This document shows positions 46,930 through 57,301 of a stretch of DNA of 64,000 bases, in pieces (within the stretch, counting starts at the first letter, position 1; the number at the start of each line of letters is the position of its first letter). The notes under the pieces were generated by a model that saw only the letters and a program-made list of their open reading frames with translations, did no database searches and was not told the DNA's origin. Position numbers and translations under genes: made by a program. Origin of the DNA: Methanobacteriota archaeon. GTDB lineage: Archaea; Halobacteriota; Bog-38; Methanoflorentales; Methanoflorentaceae. The stretch is taken from the NCBI GenBank assembly GCA_963719035.1, contig CAVRAO010000008.1, positions 96,001 to 160,000 of the forward strand, read 5' to 3'.

Positions 46930-49461
46930 GTGCCGAGCACGATGAGTGAAACCGATCAAGACCAGTTCCGCGCGTGGTATAGAGAGCAAATTGAGAACTT
47001 TGAACGCGTTGCGCCGCGCTATGAAGATCTGGCAAAGGTTCTTGATGCTATCCTTACGGCGCTTGCAGAGCGATACGCACCGCTTGCAATAGTACAAACA
47101 CGACCGAAGTCACTTTCGAGCTTCGCAGAGAAGATTATTCGAAAGCGCGCTGAGGTGAGCGACCCGGTCAACGAGTTTACCGACCTCTGTGGGGGACGCG
47201 TCATCACCCACACCCAGACCGAGGTCACGTCGATCTGCAATTATATCGAGAAGCATTTTGACATCGATTGGGACAATAGCGTCAACATTGACCAACGCCT
47301 CAAGGCGACCGAGTTTGGGTACCGATCGGTCCACTACATCGTCAGCTTGCGTCCTGGTTCGTTGACGGTCGGAAGCATTTCGATTGAGATTCCAGAGACG
47401 GTCGCCCGTTTGAAGGCTGAAATACAGGTGCGCACACTCCTCGAACACGCGTGGGCTGACTTCAGCCACGATAAGAGTTACAAAAGCTCGTTTGCATTCC
47501 CGCGACAGTGGCAACGTGAACTGGCGCGGATAGCCGCGGTGCTCGAGGATGCCGATCAATCCTTTGCGACGATTGAGAACCGCCTGACAGCTTACGCTGC
47601 TAACTACAGCGCATACATGAGTGAAGCGCAGATACGAGAAGAGATGCGCACCCTCATCATGATCCTTGAACACGACCCACACAACGTCCAGCACGCGCAC
47701 CGGATTGGACGACTGGCGATGACGCTCGGCGACTGGGAGCGGGCCATCGAGACCTTTACCGCGTACGTCGATACGGGCTACCCTCCCCTCCTCAAAGATC
47801 TAGGAGTTGCACTCTGCAAGCGACACAGCGCAAAGCCCTCAAGCACACCTTATCGAGAGGGACAGCGCTTCATCGAGACTTCGCTTGCGAAAGTCCACGA
47901 CCCTGATACGCTTGTCTGTCTTGCAGATACGTGGCGTGAGAGTGATGAATGGAAGGCGCGAGAGTTATACCGTCAGGCGTTTGAGCTCGATCCCTCAGAT
48001 CCCTACGCGCTCATCAACTATCTAGAGCTCGAAATCAGCCATCGCGGAACGACCTCTGTCGTCGACGTTGTTCGCCCCTTAATGCGCATGGCAATTCGAC
48101 GATGCTGGGAACAGATCGCTGTTGGGATCAATATTCCGTGGGTATACTATGCCCTTGGAGTGCTCCATTTACTCCTCGATGAGCTTCACGATAGTCTCAT
48201 CGCTTATGCAAAGGCTATCCAAATGAGCACCGCAGAGTGGCCGATTGCAAGTGCATACCACTCTCTCGTTAAGCTGGCCTCTGTCCAGAGCGCGTTACAC
48301 GGTTACACGTGGGCGCGCACCCTCTTGCTCGTTGGATGGGCAGGGCGGTTCGACGCTGCTGAGGCACGCACATATCTCGAAAAGTTGGCCACGCCGAATA
48401 GCCGGCGAATCAAAGCGCCGGTCACCATCGTCACTGGTGGGTACGATTCTCTGAGTGAATCATATGCGACGAGCTATCAGGAGCTTATGCGTGAGGCTTT
48501 CAAGGACTATAACGGGACAATCATCTCGAGCGGTATCGACGCGGGCATTAGCCACGTCATTGGGGATGTGCAAGAGCGCTATCTCGAGCTACAAACGATT
48601 GGATTCGTTCCGAGCGTGCTTCCCCAAGGCTCTGCTCTCGATGCGCGGTACAGCGAAATCCGCCGAACGGATGATGAGGGATTCAACCCCGCTGAGCCCC
48701 TCCAATATTGGGTTGATCTTATAACATCGGGTATTTCACCCACGAGCGTCAAGCTTCTCGGCATCGATGGCGGCAGCATTGCGGGCATCGAGTATCGTCT
48801 AGCGCTCGCATTGCGCGCGAGCGTCGCCGTCGTCGCGGGAAGCGGCGAGGAAGCGGCGCGGTTGGTCCAGGACGACGAATGGCGTACGTCCGAGACGCTC
48901 ATACAACTGCCAAAAGATCCGCTTTCTGCGCAGGTGTTCATCGGTTCAACCGAACAAACGCTCCCAACGGCCATACGAGAGCACATCGCACGCGAGATCC
49001 ACGACATCTATCGCAACCGCCTCAAAATGACGCAAAGCGAGGACCCCTCGCTTGCTGATTGGGATAGGCTTGTCGAACACCTTAAAAACTCAAGCAGGGC
49101 ACAAGCGGATCATATCGCACAAAAACTAAGCGCAGCTGGCTATGGAGTCAGAAAGGCACGCGGCACGCCTGTCGTGCAGGAGTTCTCGTCTGAGGAAGTC
49201 GAGATCATGGCAGAGCTTGAGCACGGCCGGTGGAACGTGGAACGCCTGCTTGACGGGTGGAAATGGGGACCGATAAAGGACGTGGCAAATAAGATTAGCC
49301 CATATATCATACCATGGACCGGACTGCCCGAAGAGATGAAGGAGTACGATCGTGATGCGGCACGTCAGATACCGCATTTGCTTGAGGAGGTGGGCATGGA
49401 GGTCGTCCGAATGCCTACTCAGAAACGCAAACCGTCGCGGCGCAAGCCTGTTCCTGCTTAA
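46930..49461 (+). CDS. RelA/SpoT nucleotidyltransferase - TPR - SLOG-like - RyR multidomain protein
   Basis: RPKS..S..EK, DLCGGR, GYRSVH, EIQVRT..HAWA...H..YK; helical repeats; GG..A..E...A...VAVV.GSG..A; AELEH.RW...R...GW..G..KD...K..P...PW..LPE..KEYD. Confidence 0.85.
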   Translation: MPSTMSETDQDQFRAWYREQIENFERVAPRYEDLAKVLDAILTALAERYAPLAIVQTRPKSLSSFAEKIIRKRAEVSDPVNEFTDLCGGRVITHTQTEVTSICNYIEKHFDIDWDNSVNIDQRLKATEFGYRSVHYIVSLRPGSLTVGSISIEIPETVARLKAEIQVRTLLEHAWADFSHDKSYKSSFAFPRQWQRELARIAAVLEDADQSFATIENRLTAYAANYSAYMSEAQIREEMRTLIMILEHDPHNVQHAHRIGRLAMTLGDWERAIETFTAYVDTGYPPLLKDLGVALCKRHSAKPSSTPYREGQRFIETSLAKVHDPDTLVCLADTWRESDEWKARELYRQAFELDPSDPYALINYLELEISHRGTTSVVDVVRPLMRMAIRRCWEQIAVGINIPWVYYALGVLHLLLDELHDSLIAYAKAIQMSTAEWPIASAYHSLVKLASVQSALHGYTWARTLLLVGWAGRFDAAEARTYLEKLATPNSRRIKAPVTIVTGGYDSLSESYATSYQELMREAFKDYNGTIISSGIDAGISHVIGDVQERYLELQTIGFVPSVLPQGSALDARYSEIRRTDDEGFNPAEPLQYWVDLITSGISPTSVKLLGIDGGSIAGIEYRLALALRASVAVVAGSGEEAARLVQDDEWRTSETLIQLPKDPLSAQVFIGSTEQTLPTAIREHIAREIHDIYRNRLKMTQSEDPSLADWDRLVEHLKNSSRAQADHIAQKLSAAGYGVRKARGTPVVQEFSSEEVEIMAELEHGRWNVERLLDGWKWGPIKDVANKISPYIIPWTGLPEEMKEYDRDAARQIPHLLEEVGMEVVRMPTQKRKPSRRKPVPA

Positions 49462-49657
49462 GACTTCGTTTCCTGGGGGGCACGTTTAAGCGCGGCACGA
49501 GCCCGTCTATTTTCAGGATATCAACCGAGTGATTGCTATTTGTTTGAAATTTCGTCTAACTAACGTCACGTAGAACGGCAAGTGCACACAACGGAGACTG
49601 ACTATGTATCTACAAACCGATGAGGCAACAGCATCGAAATTTGGCGCCTTTTCCTCG

Positions 49658-50245
49658 TCACTTAGTGATATTGAACGACTGCGTCATGTTCTGCGCAATC
49701 CCCAGATAATTGGGGTAAAGGCTTTGCGTCGTCGTGTAAAGCAACGCGTAACCAGTTCGGTTTACCAAGGTAAGTTGCAACATAGCTTGCGAGGGCGTAT
49801 CTTCGTTTACGTATGTGTAAACGAGCCTCTTGGCAGGATAACCCGAAAGCGTGCTATTAGTCGAGTTAAGCAACTTGAAGTCATTCAAGCGTTGAATCCC
49901 TGACACTGCACCCTGTGAATAATCATCAAGCGTCATAGTCTCTAGTTTCTCAGGCGCTGTAACGGTGAAAAACGCCGAAGTTCCCAAGTTAAACGATACC
50001 GTTTCGTTCGGTTTACCTTCTGTCTTGGTCCACGAGGAGGGATATTGGATCGAAATACCCGCAGATCGATTAGTATAGGTTAGATAGCCTGAGGTGTTTT
50101 TTGGAACAAACTTTGGATCCCGCGTCGCTGAAGCGACGCTTGGAGTTGGAGTGTTACTGACGTTGGAGGTACATCCCGCCACAAAGACCATTGCCGCGAG
50201 CAGTATTCCGACCACGAACACTGTGGAAATATGTTTCCGCATCAT
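49658..50245 (-). CDS. PsbP/DUF1795-like lipoprotein
   Basis: Lipobox VAGC; Y.N...GISIQYPS.W; TLSGYPA; M.QSF.I. Confidence 0.75.
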   Translation of the reverse strand: MMRKHISTVFVVGILLAAMVFVAGCTSNVSNTPTPSVASATRDPKFVPKNTSGYLTYTNRSAGISIQYPSSWTKTEGKPNETVSFNLGTSAFFTVTAPEKLETMTLDDYSQGAVSGIQRLNDFKLLNSTNSTLSGYPAKRLVYTYVNEDTPSQAMLQLTLVNRTGYALLYTTTQSLYPNYLGIAQNMTQSFNITK

Positions 50246-50455
50246 GCAACCACGTCGCAGTAGGACGTCGCACTCTCAGATATAACTTCGTATGGTATCT
50301 AATGAGGCACAGAAAAGGACACTTGAACAAAAGGGCCAGTGGCTCTTAAGTTTCTATCGCTTACATCATAGCTACACTGTAACCCTCCCTTATCTCACCG
50401 ATGCGAGCAAGCAAAATCGACATTTCGCGAGGCTTAAGTCGGCTAACTTTTCACG

Positions 50456-51409
50456 CTAAGCTGCAAGTCTCACCGTGGAACGCGCCGCCCAATGCCTAAG
50501 CCTATTGCCCGTGCGATGCGCAGTCAAGTGCAGTCGCCCACCGTCACGAGTCCAGTAGCCAGTCGGCACAAGCTGCACTTTTAGCATAGAATTTGGCATA
50601 TACGAACCAAGCAACCACAACGCATTACTCTCGTACCGGTCATGACTTACTTGATTGGTTGTTTCAAGGTGAGTTATAAAGTGGGTGAGAAAATCTTCTG
50701 GTGTCCATCCCGTTTCTCCCTGATAGGTCGATGTAAGTAAAGTTCGTAAATAATCACGAGGGGTAGAATATGCTTCCAGCTGTTTTCTTCCTCCGATTAC
50801 TTTACCCCGTCCTTGTTGAGGGATTATAGGTAGAGGCTCAATTAGTCCCACACTCCAGCCAGGCACAGCACATAAGCCGGGTTTCTGCATTACTTCTTCT
50901 TTAGTCAATCCTTGATGGCTATGATCGGCATAGGTTTGAGGGAAATAAACAAGCTGAGCAGTATCCACTGCTTGACGCACCATATCCCATATCCAGATCG
51001 GTTCACCAGATTTTACATGAATCGGTATGTCAGCGTCTTTAGAGTTTTGTTTTGTCTGGATAATTTTTCCCGCTGCGACATGTTTAAGAACGGCAGTTTT
51101 TACCCGATCAATAAGTTGTGAAGTAGGTATTGCGATCGGCGTTAACTGAAGCTGAGTAAATCCTTGTCGCATCTTCCTGTCAACCAATTCCTTATTGCGT
51201 GTAAATATCTCTTGCAGCCGTTCTTGAGTTGGTACAGGATACTCTTTTCCGTCAATTCCAAAGACACCCACACTCTCGGTTTGCGGTAAAAGACTTAATA
51301 TCCCTGTCTTTTTAAGCGTTCGGAGGCATCTTTTACACTCACTCTCGATTGATACCTCTTTTCGAACTGGTTGTTTGCCAACTCCAACACGTGCTTCTTT
51401 TATCATCAC
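50456..51409 (-). CDS. Hypothetical protein (317 aa), lower GC than its surroundings
   Basis: Long ORF with RBS; no confident family. Confidence 0.7.
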   Translation of the reverse strand: MMIKEARVGVGKQPVRKEVSIESECKRCLRTLKKTGILSLLPQTESVGVFGIDGKEYPVPTQERLQEIFTRNKELVDRKMRQGFTQLQLTPIAIPTSQLIDRVKTAVLKHVAAGKIIQTKQNSKDADIPIHVKSGEPIWIWDMVRQAVDTAQLVYFPQTYADHSHQGLTKEEVMQKPGLCAVPGWSVGLIEPLPIIPQQGRGKVIGGRKQLEAYSTPRDYLRTLLTSTYQGETGWTPEDFLTHFITHLETTNQVSHDRYESNALWLLGSYMPNSMLKVQLVPTGYWTRDGGRLHLTAHRTGNRLRHWAARSTVRLAA

Positions 51410-51662
51410 TACCCTTTCCCCAGTTTTTGTTGTTTATCTAAAAGGTGCGCGCTACGGCAATAGAACGGCTAACTCTTTAACCATGCCGTTCTATTTTCCA
51501 GCGGCGCGATTTTTGTAATTCCGAAAAAATTTTATTTTTATTAAGAACGTTACTATTGTAACAATCTTAGGAACGGTTATATATTGTATTACCGTTACTA
51601 CGCATGACTGAATACTAGAGATACCAGGGGGGTAAGGAGAGACCACGGACATCGAATACCGA

Positions 51663-52016
51663 TTGCACTTCGTGAGACAACAAAACGGCCCACGAAGGCG
51701 GGTTCAACATGGAAATGTTACGCTTCACGGAGTTTTAGAGAAGCGGAAACCAAACGGACGCGTGCTCGATAAAACGCGGCTCGGTTCTATTGACCTAGAA
51801 GCGCTTGAATACGATTTGGTAAAGGATCGCGACGAATTTTGGCGCGTGACCGACTTATACCTCAACTTGTTCGATGTACCGCCTAAAGCCGCCGACGAAA
51901 TCTGCGAGTATCTATCCCAAGTCGTGAAGCCGATCACGGAACGCGAAGCGGCGTCTTATTACGGTTGCAGCGCCGATTGCGCGAGACCGTGTGCCCCGAT
52001 GCGTAAGAAAATATGA
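51663..52016 (+). CDS. Hypothetical protein
   Basis: Its stop overlaps the next start (ATGA). Confidence 0.5.
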   Translation: MHFVRQQNGPRRRVQHGNVTLHGVLEKRKPNGRVLDKTRLGSIDLEALEYDLVKDRDEFWRVTDLYLNLFDVPPKAADEICEYLSQVVKPITEREAASYYGCSADCARPCAPMRKKI

Positions 52017-52156
52017 AACGTGAAGATCGCGCGACGATATCAGTGCACGTCCAAACGAAAGCCGAGGTAGACACTATAGGCAAGCGCGGCGAGACGTTTG
52101 ACGATATCATCAAGCGATTGCTTGCGTGCTATCGCGAACGTTGCGCGGGCGAATAG
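52013..52156 (+). CDS. Small ribbon-helix-helix / antitoxin-like protein (47 aa; not in the ORF track)
   Basis: ATISVHVQTKAEVDTIGKRGETFDDIIKRLL matches the archaeal TI.V...T...L......ET.D.II.RL pattern. Confidence 0.7.
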   Translation: MKREDRATISVHVQTKAEVDTIGKRGETFDDIIKRLLACYRERCAGE

Positions 52157-52319
52157 CGCTCATTATTAACGAAAAACCCGATAAACCTGCCACATCGATT
52201 GATTATGCAGCGGCAACGCTTTTTGAAAGTCTTGCACGAGTCTACCGCTGTGCACTTAAATTCAGCGTCATCGCAGTTCGCTACGGCACTGACAATAACT
52301 AAAGAAGGTGTAGTCATAA

Positions 52320-52505
52320 GTGGAGCAAGATCTCGCTCTGAGGATTGTCTTAGTTGTGGCAGGTCTCGCAGCTCTCGCGTTCGGTATCGCTAATGAATTC
52401 TCGAACGGGTGGCAGCTGGACATCGTGAACCTCATTACTATCTTTGCTGCTATCGTGCTGATCATTCTAGGGATTGTTGTAAAAGACATCAGGCGGAGGA
52501 AGTAA
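52320..52505 (+). CDS. Small two-TM membrane protein
   Basis: Two hydrophobic segments and a basic C-terminus. Confidence 0.5.
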   Translation: MEQDLALRIVLVVAGLAALAFGIANEFSNGWQLDIVNLITIFAAIVLIILGIVVKDIRRRK

Positions 52506-52667
52506 AGGCCGCTACAGGCTCCGATGCAAGCCAACTATCCGCATCCGCTGCTTGAGCACGTTTATGATGTGTATATGCAATAATGGAGCGATGTCGAGTT
52601 ATAAGATTTAAATGATTGCCATTTTAATCAGCAGCAGCCGGAAAAAAAGAAAGAAAAATGCAGGCCA

Positions 52668-52982
52668 TTAGGCCTGCATCAACATCTGCGCCAATTCTTC
52701 CCCTGTTATGCAGGGCCACAAGTCGATATCGTACATGTCCGATGCTTTCTTCATCGGCGGTTCCATAGAAAATGCCATTAACGCCTCAAAATTTGGAGTG
52801 TCGTACACGACAACTTGGAAGTGCTTTTGATGTACGCTCCATGCACCGACTATTTTGACCCCGTGTTTCTTTGCGAGTTCTTCCATCTGGCTCAGGCCTT
52901 CGAGCGTCGCTTTCCTATAATACTCATTATGCGCGGCACATTCTGCAGCACCGTGTGAAATTATCGACAAAAACAAAGCCAT
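52668..52982 (-). CDS. DUF3303/GYD-like small protein
   Basis: GGAGGTGA RBS; H....C...K.GVK.VG.W....H pattern. Confidence 0.6.
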   Translation of the reverse strand: MALFLSIISHGAAECAAHNEYYRKATLEGLSQMEELAKKHGVKIVGAWSVHQKHFQVVVYDTPNFEALMAFSMEPPMKKASDMYDIDLWPCITGEELAQMLMQA

Positions 52983-53478
52983 TTTGAATCACCTCCTTTA
53001 ATGTTAAAACACGTACAAAGGCGCCCTGAGAAAATAAATGTTGTTGTAACGTCCGCTTGTTACACTGATGGGCTTTGTTTTGGCTACGCTCGGCAGCGCG
53101 ACGCAATCTTATTTTGTTCCTTGCGATCTTAGGAAATTTGCTGAAAAATATGGCGATATAATTCAGTGGGATCAATCAAACCGAGCGTACATTATGACGC
53201 ATGGCGTGAGTGGAATCGATTGGAAGCATTACAAACATCCGCTGCCGGAGCACATTTACAACGTTTATGCGAACATTAGAAACAGGTTGTTTAAGCGCTC
53301 ATTACGTTCGCGCAGGCTCGGCGCCTAATCCATTAAATCAAATAGCTAACGCGGTGTGTCTTATCAAATTGTGAGCCAAAATCATTGGTTAATGCAAAAA
53401 AGAGGTAAAATTTCCTAATCTGATGGCAAACTTTTTAAGAGTGCGCAGTATGGTTCGAACGTTAAAAAGAATAGCCAG

Positions 53479-54879
53479 GTGTTGAGTATGAAAAAGCTTC
53501 TCGTGCCCTCTGTTGTAATCCTACTTCTCACTGCTTCCGTCGTAACGGCCTATCCAAGCGCCGCACAAGCCAGTGACACACAACTACCTTCTTGCGGTTC
53601 AAGCATAACCGTGTCAGCAAAACTTGACGCTTACATGAATGCTCTCACCGACGCGGGGCAGTTTGCAGGAGCCGTGCTCGTGGCGCAAAATGGCACTGTG
53701 CTCCTCTCGAAAGGGTACGGAATGGCAAATGACGCGTGTTCCGTCCCCAACACACCACAGACTGTTTTTCGGATCGCCTCGAACACCAAGCAGTTCACTG
53801 CTGCCGCCATTATGAAGTTGCAGGAGCAGGGACGGCTCAACGTCACCGACCTGATCACAAAATATATCCCTGACGCTCCGCCGCAGTGGAAGGATATTCG
53901 GATCGACGAGCTGCTGAATCACACCTCCGGGATGCCACGCGAAGGGGGATATGATGTCACCGATCCGACCAATATCGTGCTGCCCGACCTCGTGCATCGG
54001 TTTTATGCCTTGCCCCTCGACTTTGAGCCCGGAACGAACTACAGCTACTCCAATAACGGCTACATCACGTTGAGCTACATCATCGAGCAGGCATCCGGCC
54101 AGTCGTATGATGAGTACCTATATCAGAATGTCTTCAAGCCGCTCGGGATGTACAGCACGGGAGGACAAGAAACGAGCGATATTGTCCCTAATTTGGCGTG
54201 CGGGTATACTACTGAGGCCGGTACCCTCATCAACTACGATTTGCAAAACATCCACAACGTTTACGGTGCCGGATCGCTTCACTCCACGACCGAAGATCTT
54301 TACAGGTGGGGGCAGGTATTTCAAACGCCGGGAGCAATCCTTTCTTCTGCGTCGGTCGGTGCGATGCTTGAGCACAGCTACGGGATATCCAAGGTTACCT
54401 ATGACAACCGCACGTTAGTCAGCTTCACCGGGCGCAACTTCGGTTACATTTCGCAGGTTATGTATTTCCCCGACGATAACGTGACCATTGTGTGGCTGTC
54501 AAACTACGACAGAACCTACGTGGCAAACCTTACAAAAGACCTCATCGCAATCACCTTTGGACAGCCTTATAGTCTGCCCCAAAGGATCGACAGGCAGCAA
54601 ACGCCATTAGACGCAACGGCGTTGCAGGAATACACCGGAACTTACCAAGCGGTAGGGGCGCCTTGGAGCTACACGGTATTTCAGGACGGCAACCTGCTCT
54701 TTTACACCTCGAGCGTGCCTAAAGAGACCGTCAAGCTCTTTCACGAGAGCAACGACACGTTTTTTGTGACGAGCGAGTCTCCGGACTCGTTCATATTTAC
54801 GCGGGATAACAGCGGGAAGGTAGACGGGTTGAATATGACCTCAGGGACAGGAACTGACAGGGCAGTGAGGATCTCCTGA
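53479..54879 (+). CDS. Secreted beta-lactamase-family (class C-like) serine hydrolase with C-terminal beta domain
   Basis: Signal peptide; F.IASNTKQF (SxxK), LLNHTSG, YSYSN. Confidence 0.88.
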   Translation: MLSMKKLLVPSVVILLLTASVVTAYPSAAQASDTQLPSCGSSITVSAKLDAYMNALTDAGQFAGAVLVAQNGTVLLSKGYGMANDACSVPNTPQTVFRIASNTKQFTAAAIMKLQEQGRLNVTDLITKYIPDAPPQWKDIRIDELLNHTSGMPREGGYDVTDPTNIVLPDLVHRFYALPLDFEPGTNYSYSNNGYITLSYIIEQASGQSYDEYLYQNVFKPLGMYSTGGQETSDIVPNLACGYTTEAGTLINYDLQNIHNVYGAGSLHSTTEDLYRWGQVFQTPGAILSSASVGAMLEHSYGISKVTYDNRTLVSFTGRNFGYISQVMYFPDDNVTIVWLSNYDRTYVANLTKDLIAITFGQPYSLPQRIDRQQTPLDATALQEYTGTYQAVGAPWSYTVFQDGNLLFYTSSVPKETVKLFHESNDTFFVTSESPDSFIFTRDNSGKVDGLNMTSGTGTDRAVRIS

Positions 54880-55066
54880 AAAGATGGCCTATAGCAGCTG
54901 GAGCCTAATACAAGTTACGACTCTATTGTCCGCAAGTAATAAGTTCCTATAAAGGCCGAAAGCACTATCGACCAACACCTCTCTACCATTGAATCAAAAA
55001 TCGCCGAGCTAGAAAAACTTATTTTACTAGAAAGAAGTCAAAATAGAGCCGATAAAGAAAACGAAA

Positions 55067-55140
55067 GGCCGAGGGCGAGATTCGAACCCGCGTCGTGGCC
55101 TCCACAGGGCCATAGGATTACCAGGCTACCCCACCTCGGC
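55067..55140 (-). tRNA. tRNA-His(GTG)
   Basis: GCCGAGG stem, CTGTGGA loop, GGTTCGAATC. Confidence 0.92.
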
Positions 55141-55158
55141 TCAATATATAACGTACGA

Positions 55159-55269
55159 TAGTCCCGTGCGGATTCGAACCGCAGTCGCGGGCTTTCTTCT
55201 ATCAGTGGTCAACGTTCAAGACCACGTGAATCCAAAGGCCCGCATGATTGACCACTACACCACGGGACT
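55159..55269 (-). tRNA. tRNA-Gln(TTG) with intron
   Basis: AGTCCCG stem (A1-U72), CTTTGG anticodon, then an ~37-nt insert at 37/38. Confidence 0.88.
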
Positions 55270-55456
55270 TCGCCCTAGGGTAAGAGTCATACATACTTAA
55301 CGTTTTGGTGGTGTCTATCGCTCATTAGAAGCGTTCATCAGCAAGGGAACGTCATTTCACAAACAATTATGACAAACCAGAGCGCTCGCTCTTCACGCAG
55401 TGTCAGCTTTCAACATTTTTTGCGCCGATGCATCGCAGCTCATTAAGATTAAAAAA

Positions 55457-55625
55457 TGGGGCTGGAGAGATTTGAACTCTCGATCGACGGGTCTCTCCGA
55501 TCAGTGCTCCAACGGGACATCACTTGGCCCAAGCGTCCCCGAGCCATCAGTTGACCCGTTGCTCATCATATCGCGAACTTCATACCGCTGGAGCCCGTCG
55601 CCATTCCAGACTAGGCCACAGCCCC
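55457..55625 (-). tRNA. tRNA-Trp(CCA) with box C/D guide intron
   Basis: CTCCAG loop; intron has ATGATGA (C), CTGA (D'), GTGATG (C'), CTGA (D) and guides complementary to the anticodon arm. Confidence 0.92.
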
Positions 55626-55634
55626 ACAAATACG

Positions 55635-55741
55635 CGGGCCGGGAGGGAATTGAACCCTCGACCTTTGGGTATCTCTGGTCAACAGGTCATCAGTAAAATA
55701 CCGTAAGAGCCCAACGCTCTGCCTGACTAAGCTACCGGCCC
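55635..55741 (-). tRNA. tRNA-Lys(CTT) with intron
   Basis: GGGCCGG stem, CTCTTA, then an ~33-nt insert. Confidence 0.88.
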
Positions 55742-55889
55742 GTTTTTTGGCATATCCTCTTATACCCCTTCCACATATATACGTTACTCAATTCAAATTT
55801 GAGATTTTAATAATGAGGCTCAAGAAGCAGGTGGTAGCTTATTTCGGGTTATAACGCGACAAGCTTCGAGCAAGGCTTACCCCTCAAGA

Positions 55890-57301
55890 ATGACGAGCGA
55901 CTCACGTTCGCGATACTCGGCGCAGGCAGCGTTGGCTTTCTCGTTGCCAAGGAACTCGCGCAACGCGGCCGGATGTTTACCATCATCGAAAAAAACGCGA
56001 AACGTGTTGAGACGCTTCGCGACCAGAATTTTGACGCGTACGTCGGCGACATAACAAAGAAGGAGGTCATCACGAACCTCCTAACCTCCGACCTTGAGAT
56101 CGTAATGATTCTAAGCTCCGACGTTAAAGCGAACATGGCCGCACTGAGTGCGATAAAGGAAAGAAAACCGGACGTTTTTGTCATCGTGCGTGCCGCTGAC
56201 CCCCTCAGCAAGGACAAGCTCGAAGAGTCCGGCGCGGATGCGGTCGTTTATCCATCGGCACTGATCGCGAACGCCACGCTGCACGATCTGCAGAAGGCCG
56301 AATCACAGCGGTCGGCGACTCGACTTCATCAGATCCTTAAAACCATAAAGACGCTCGGCATTCTCGTTCACGACAACCCCGATCCGGACTCGATAGCAAG
56401 TGCACTCGCGCTTCGGCAAATCGCCGCAAGCGTTGACACCGAGGCGACAATTATTTACCATGGGGAGATTAGCCGACAGGAAAACCGGGCATTTGTTAAC
56501 TTACTAGCTATTGACCTCGTCCACGTTGACGCAGTTGACCCGAGCGACTACGACATGCTCGCCTTGGTCGACACCGCCACCCCAGGGGCGAACAATCCGC
56601 TGACGAACTTGGACAACGTGGGGATTATCATTGACCATCACGAAGTTCCCGAACAAAACGTCCTCTACACTGATATCAGGGATGTTGGCTCAACCGCCAC
56701 GATACTGACTAGTTACCTCGAAGAACTCGACATTGACATCGACAAACGACTCGCCACGGCTTTGCTCTACGGTTTACGAATCGATACGCAGGACTACAAG
56801 GTCCACGTGACTCCAGCAGATCTTGCCGCTGCTACGACGCTCATGCAGCTCTCCGATAGAGAGGTCCTTATCCAAATCGAATCGCCAGCGATGTCGATGG
56901 AGACGGTCGACATAATAGGCGAGGCTATCCACAACAAACACATTACCGGGAGCTACCTCATCTCAAACGTTGGGTTTATCCATAACATTGACGCTCTCGC
57001 GCAGGCTGCCGATTACCTGCTCAACCTTGAGGGGGTAACCGTCGTCGCGGTCTTCGGGATGAATGACGAGAAGATTCACTTGTCTGCGCGGAGCAAGGAC
57101 ATACGAGTAAACATCGGTGCTGTGATGAACCAAGCGTTTGGCGATATAGGCTCGGCTGGCGGCCATTCAAACGCGGGTGCCGCGCAGATCCCTCTTGGAG
57201 TCTTTACGGGCGTCCGCGACCGCACGACACTGCTGCATCTCGTCGAAGAGGTCGTAACGCGCAGATTTTATGCGGAAATTGGCGTCGAACGAGGCGAGTA
57301 A
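55890..57301 (+). CDS. DHH phosphoesterase with N-terminal TrkA-N (RCK) domain (start uncertain)
   Basis: In-frame ILGAGSVG upstream of the called ORF; H.NPDPDS, LVD, IDHH, AGGH..AG. Confidence 0.85.

Noticed and set aside
53068-53328. 86-aa ORF
   Set aside because: No RBS or motif; support insufficient
45800-55140. Intact provirus or integrative element at tRNA-His
   Set aside because: No integrase, capsid or replication gene, and no duplicated tRNA-His 3' end was seen
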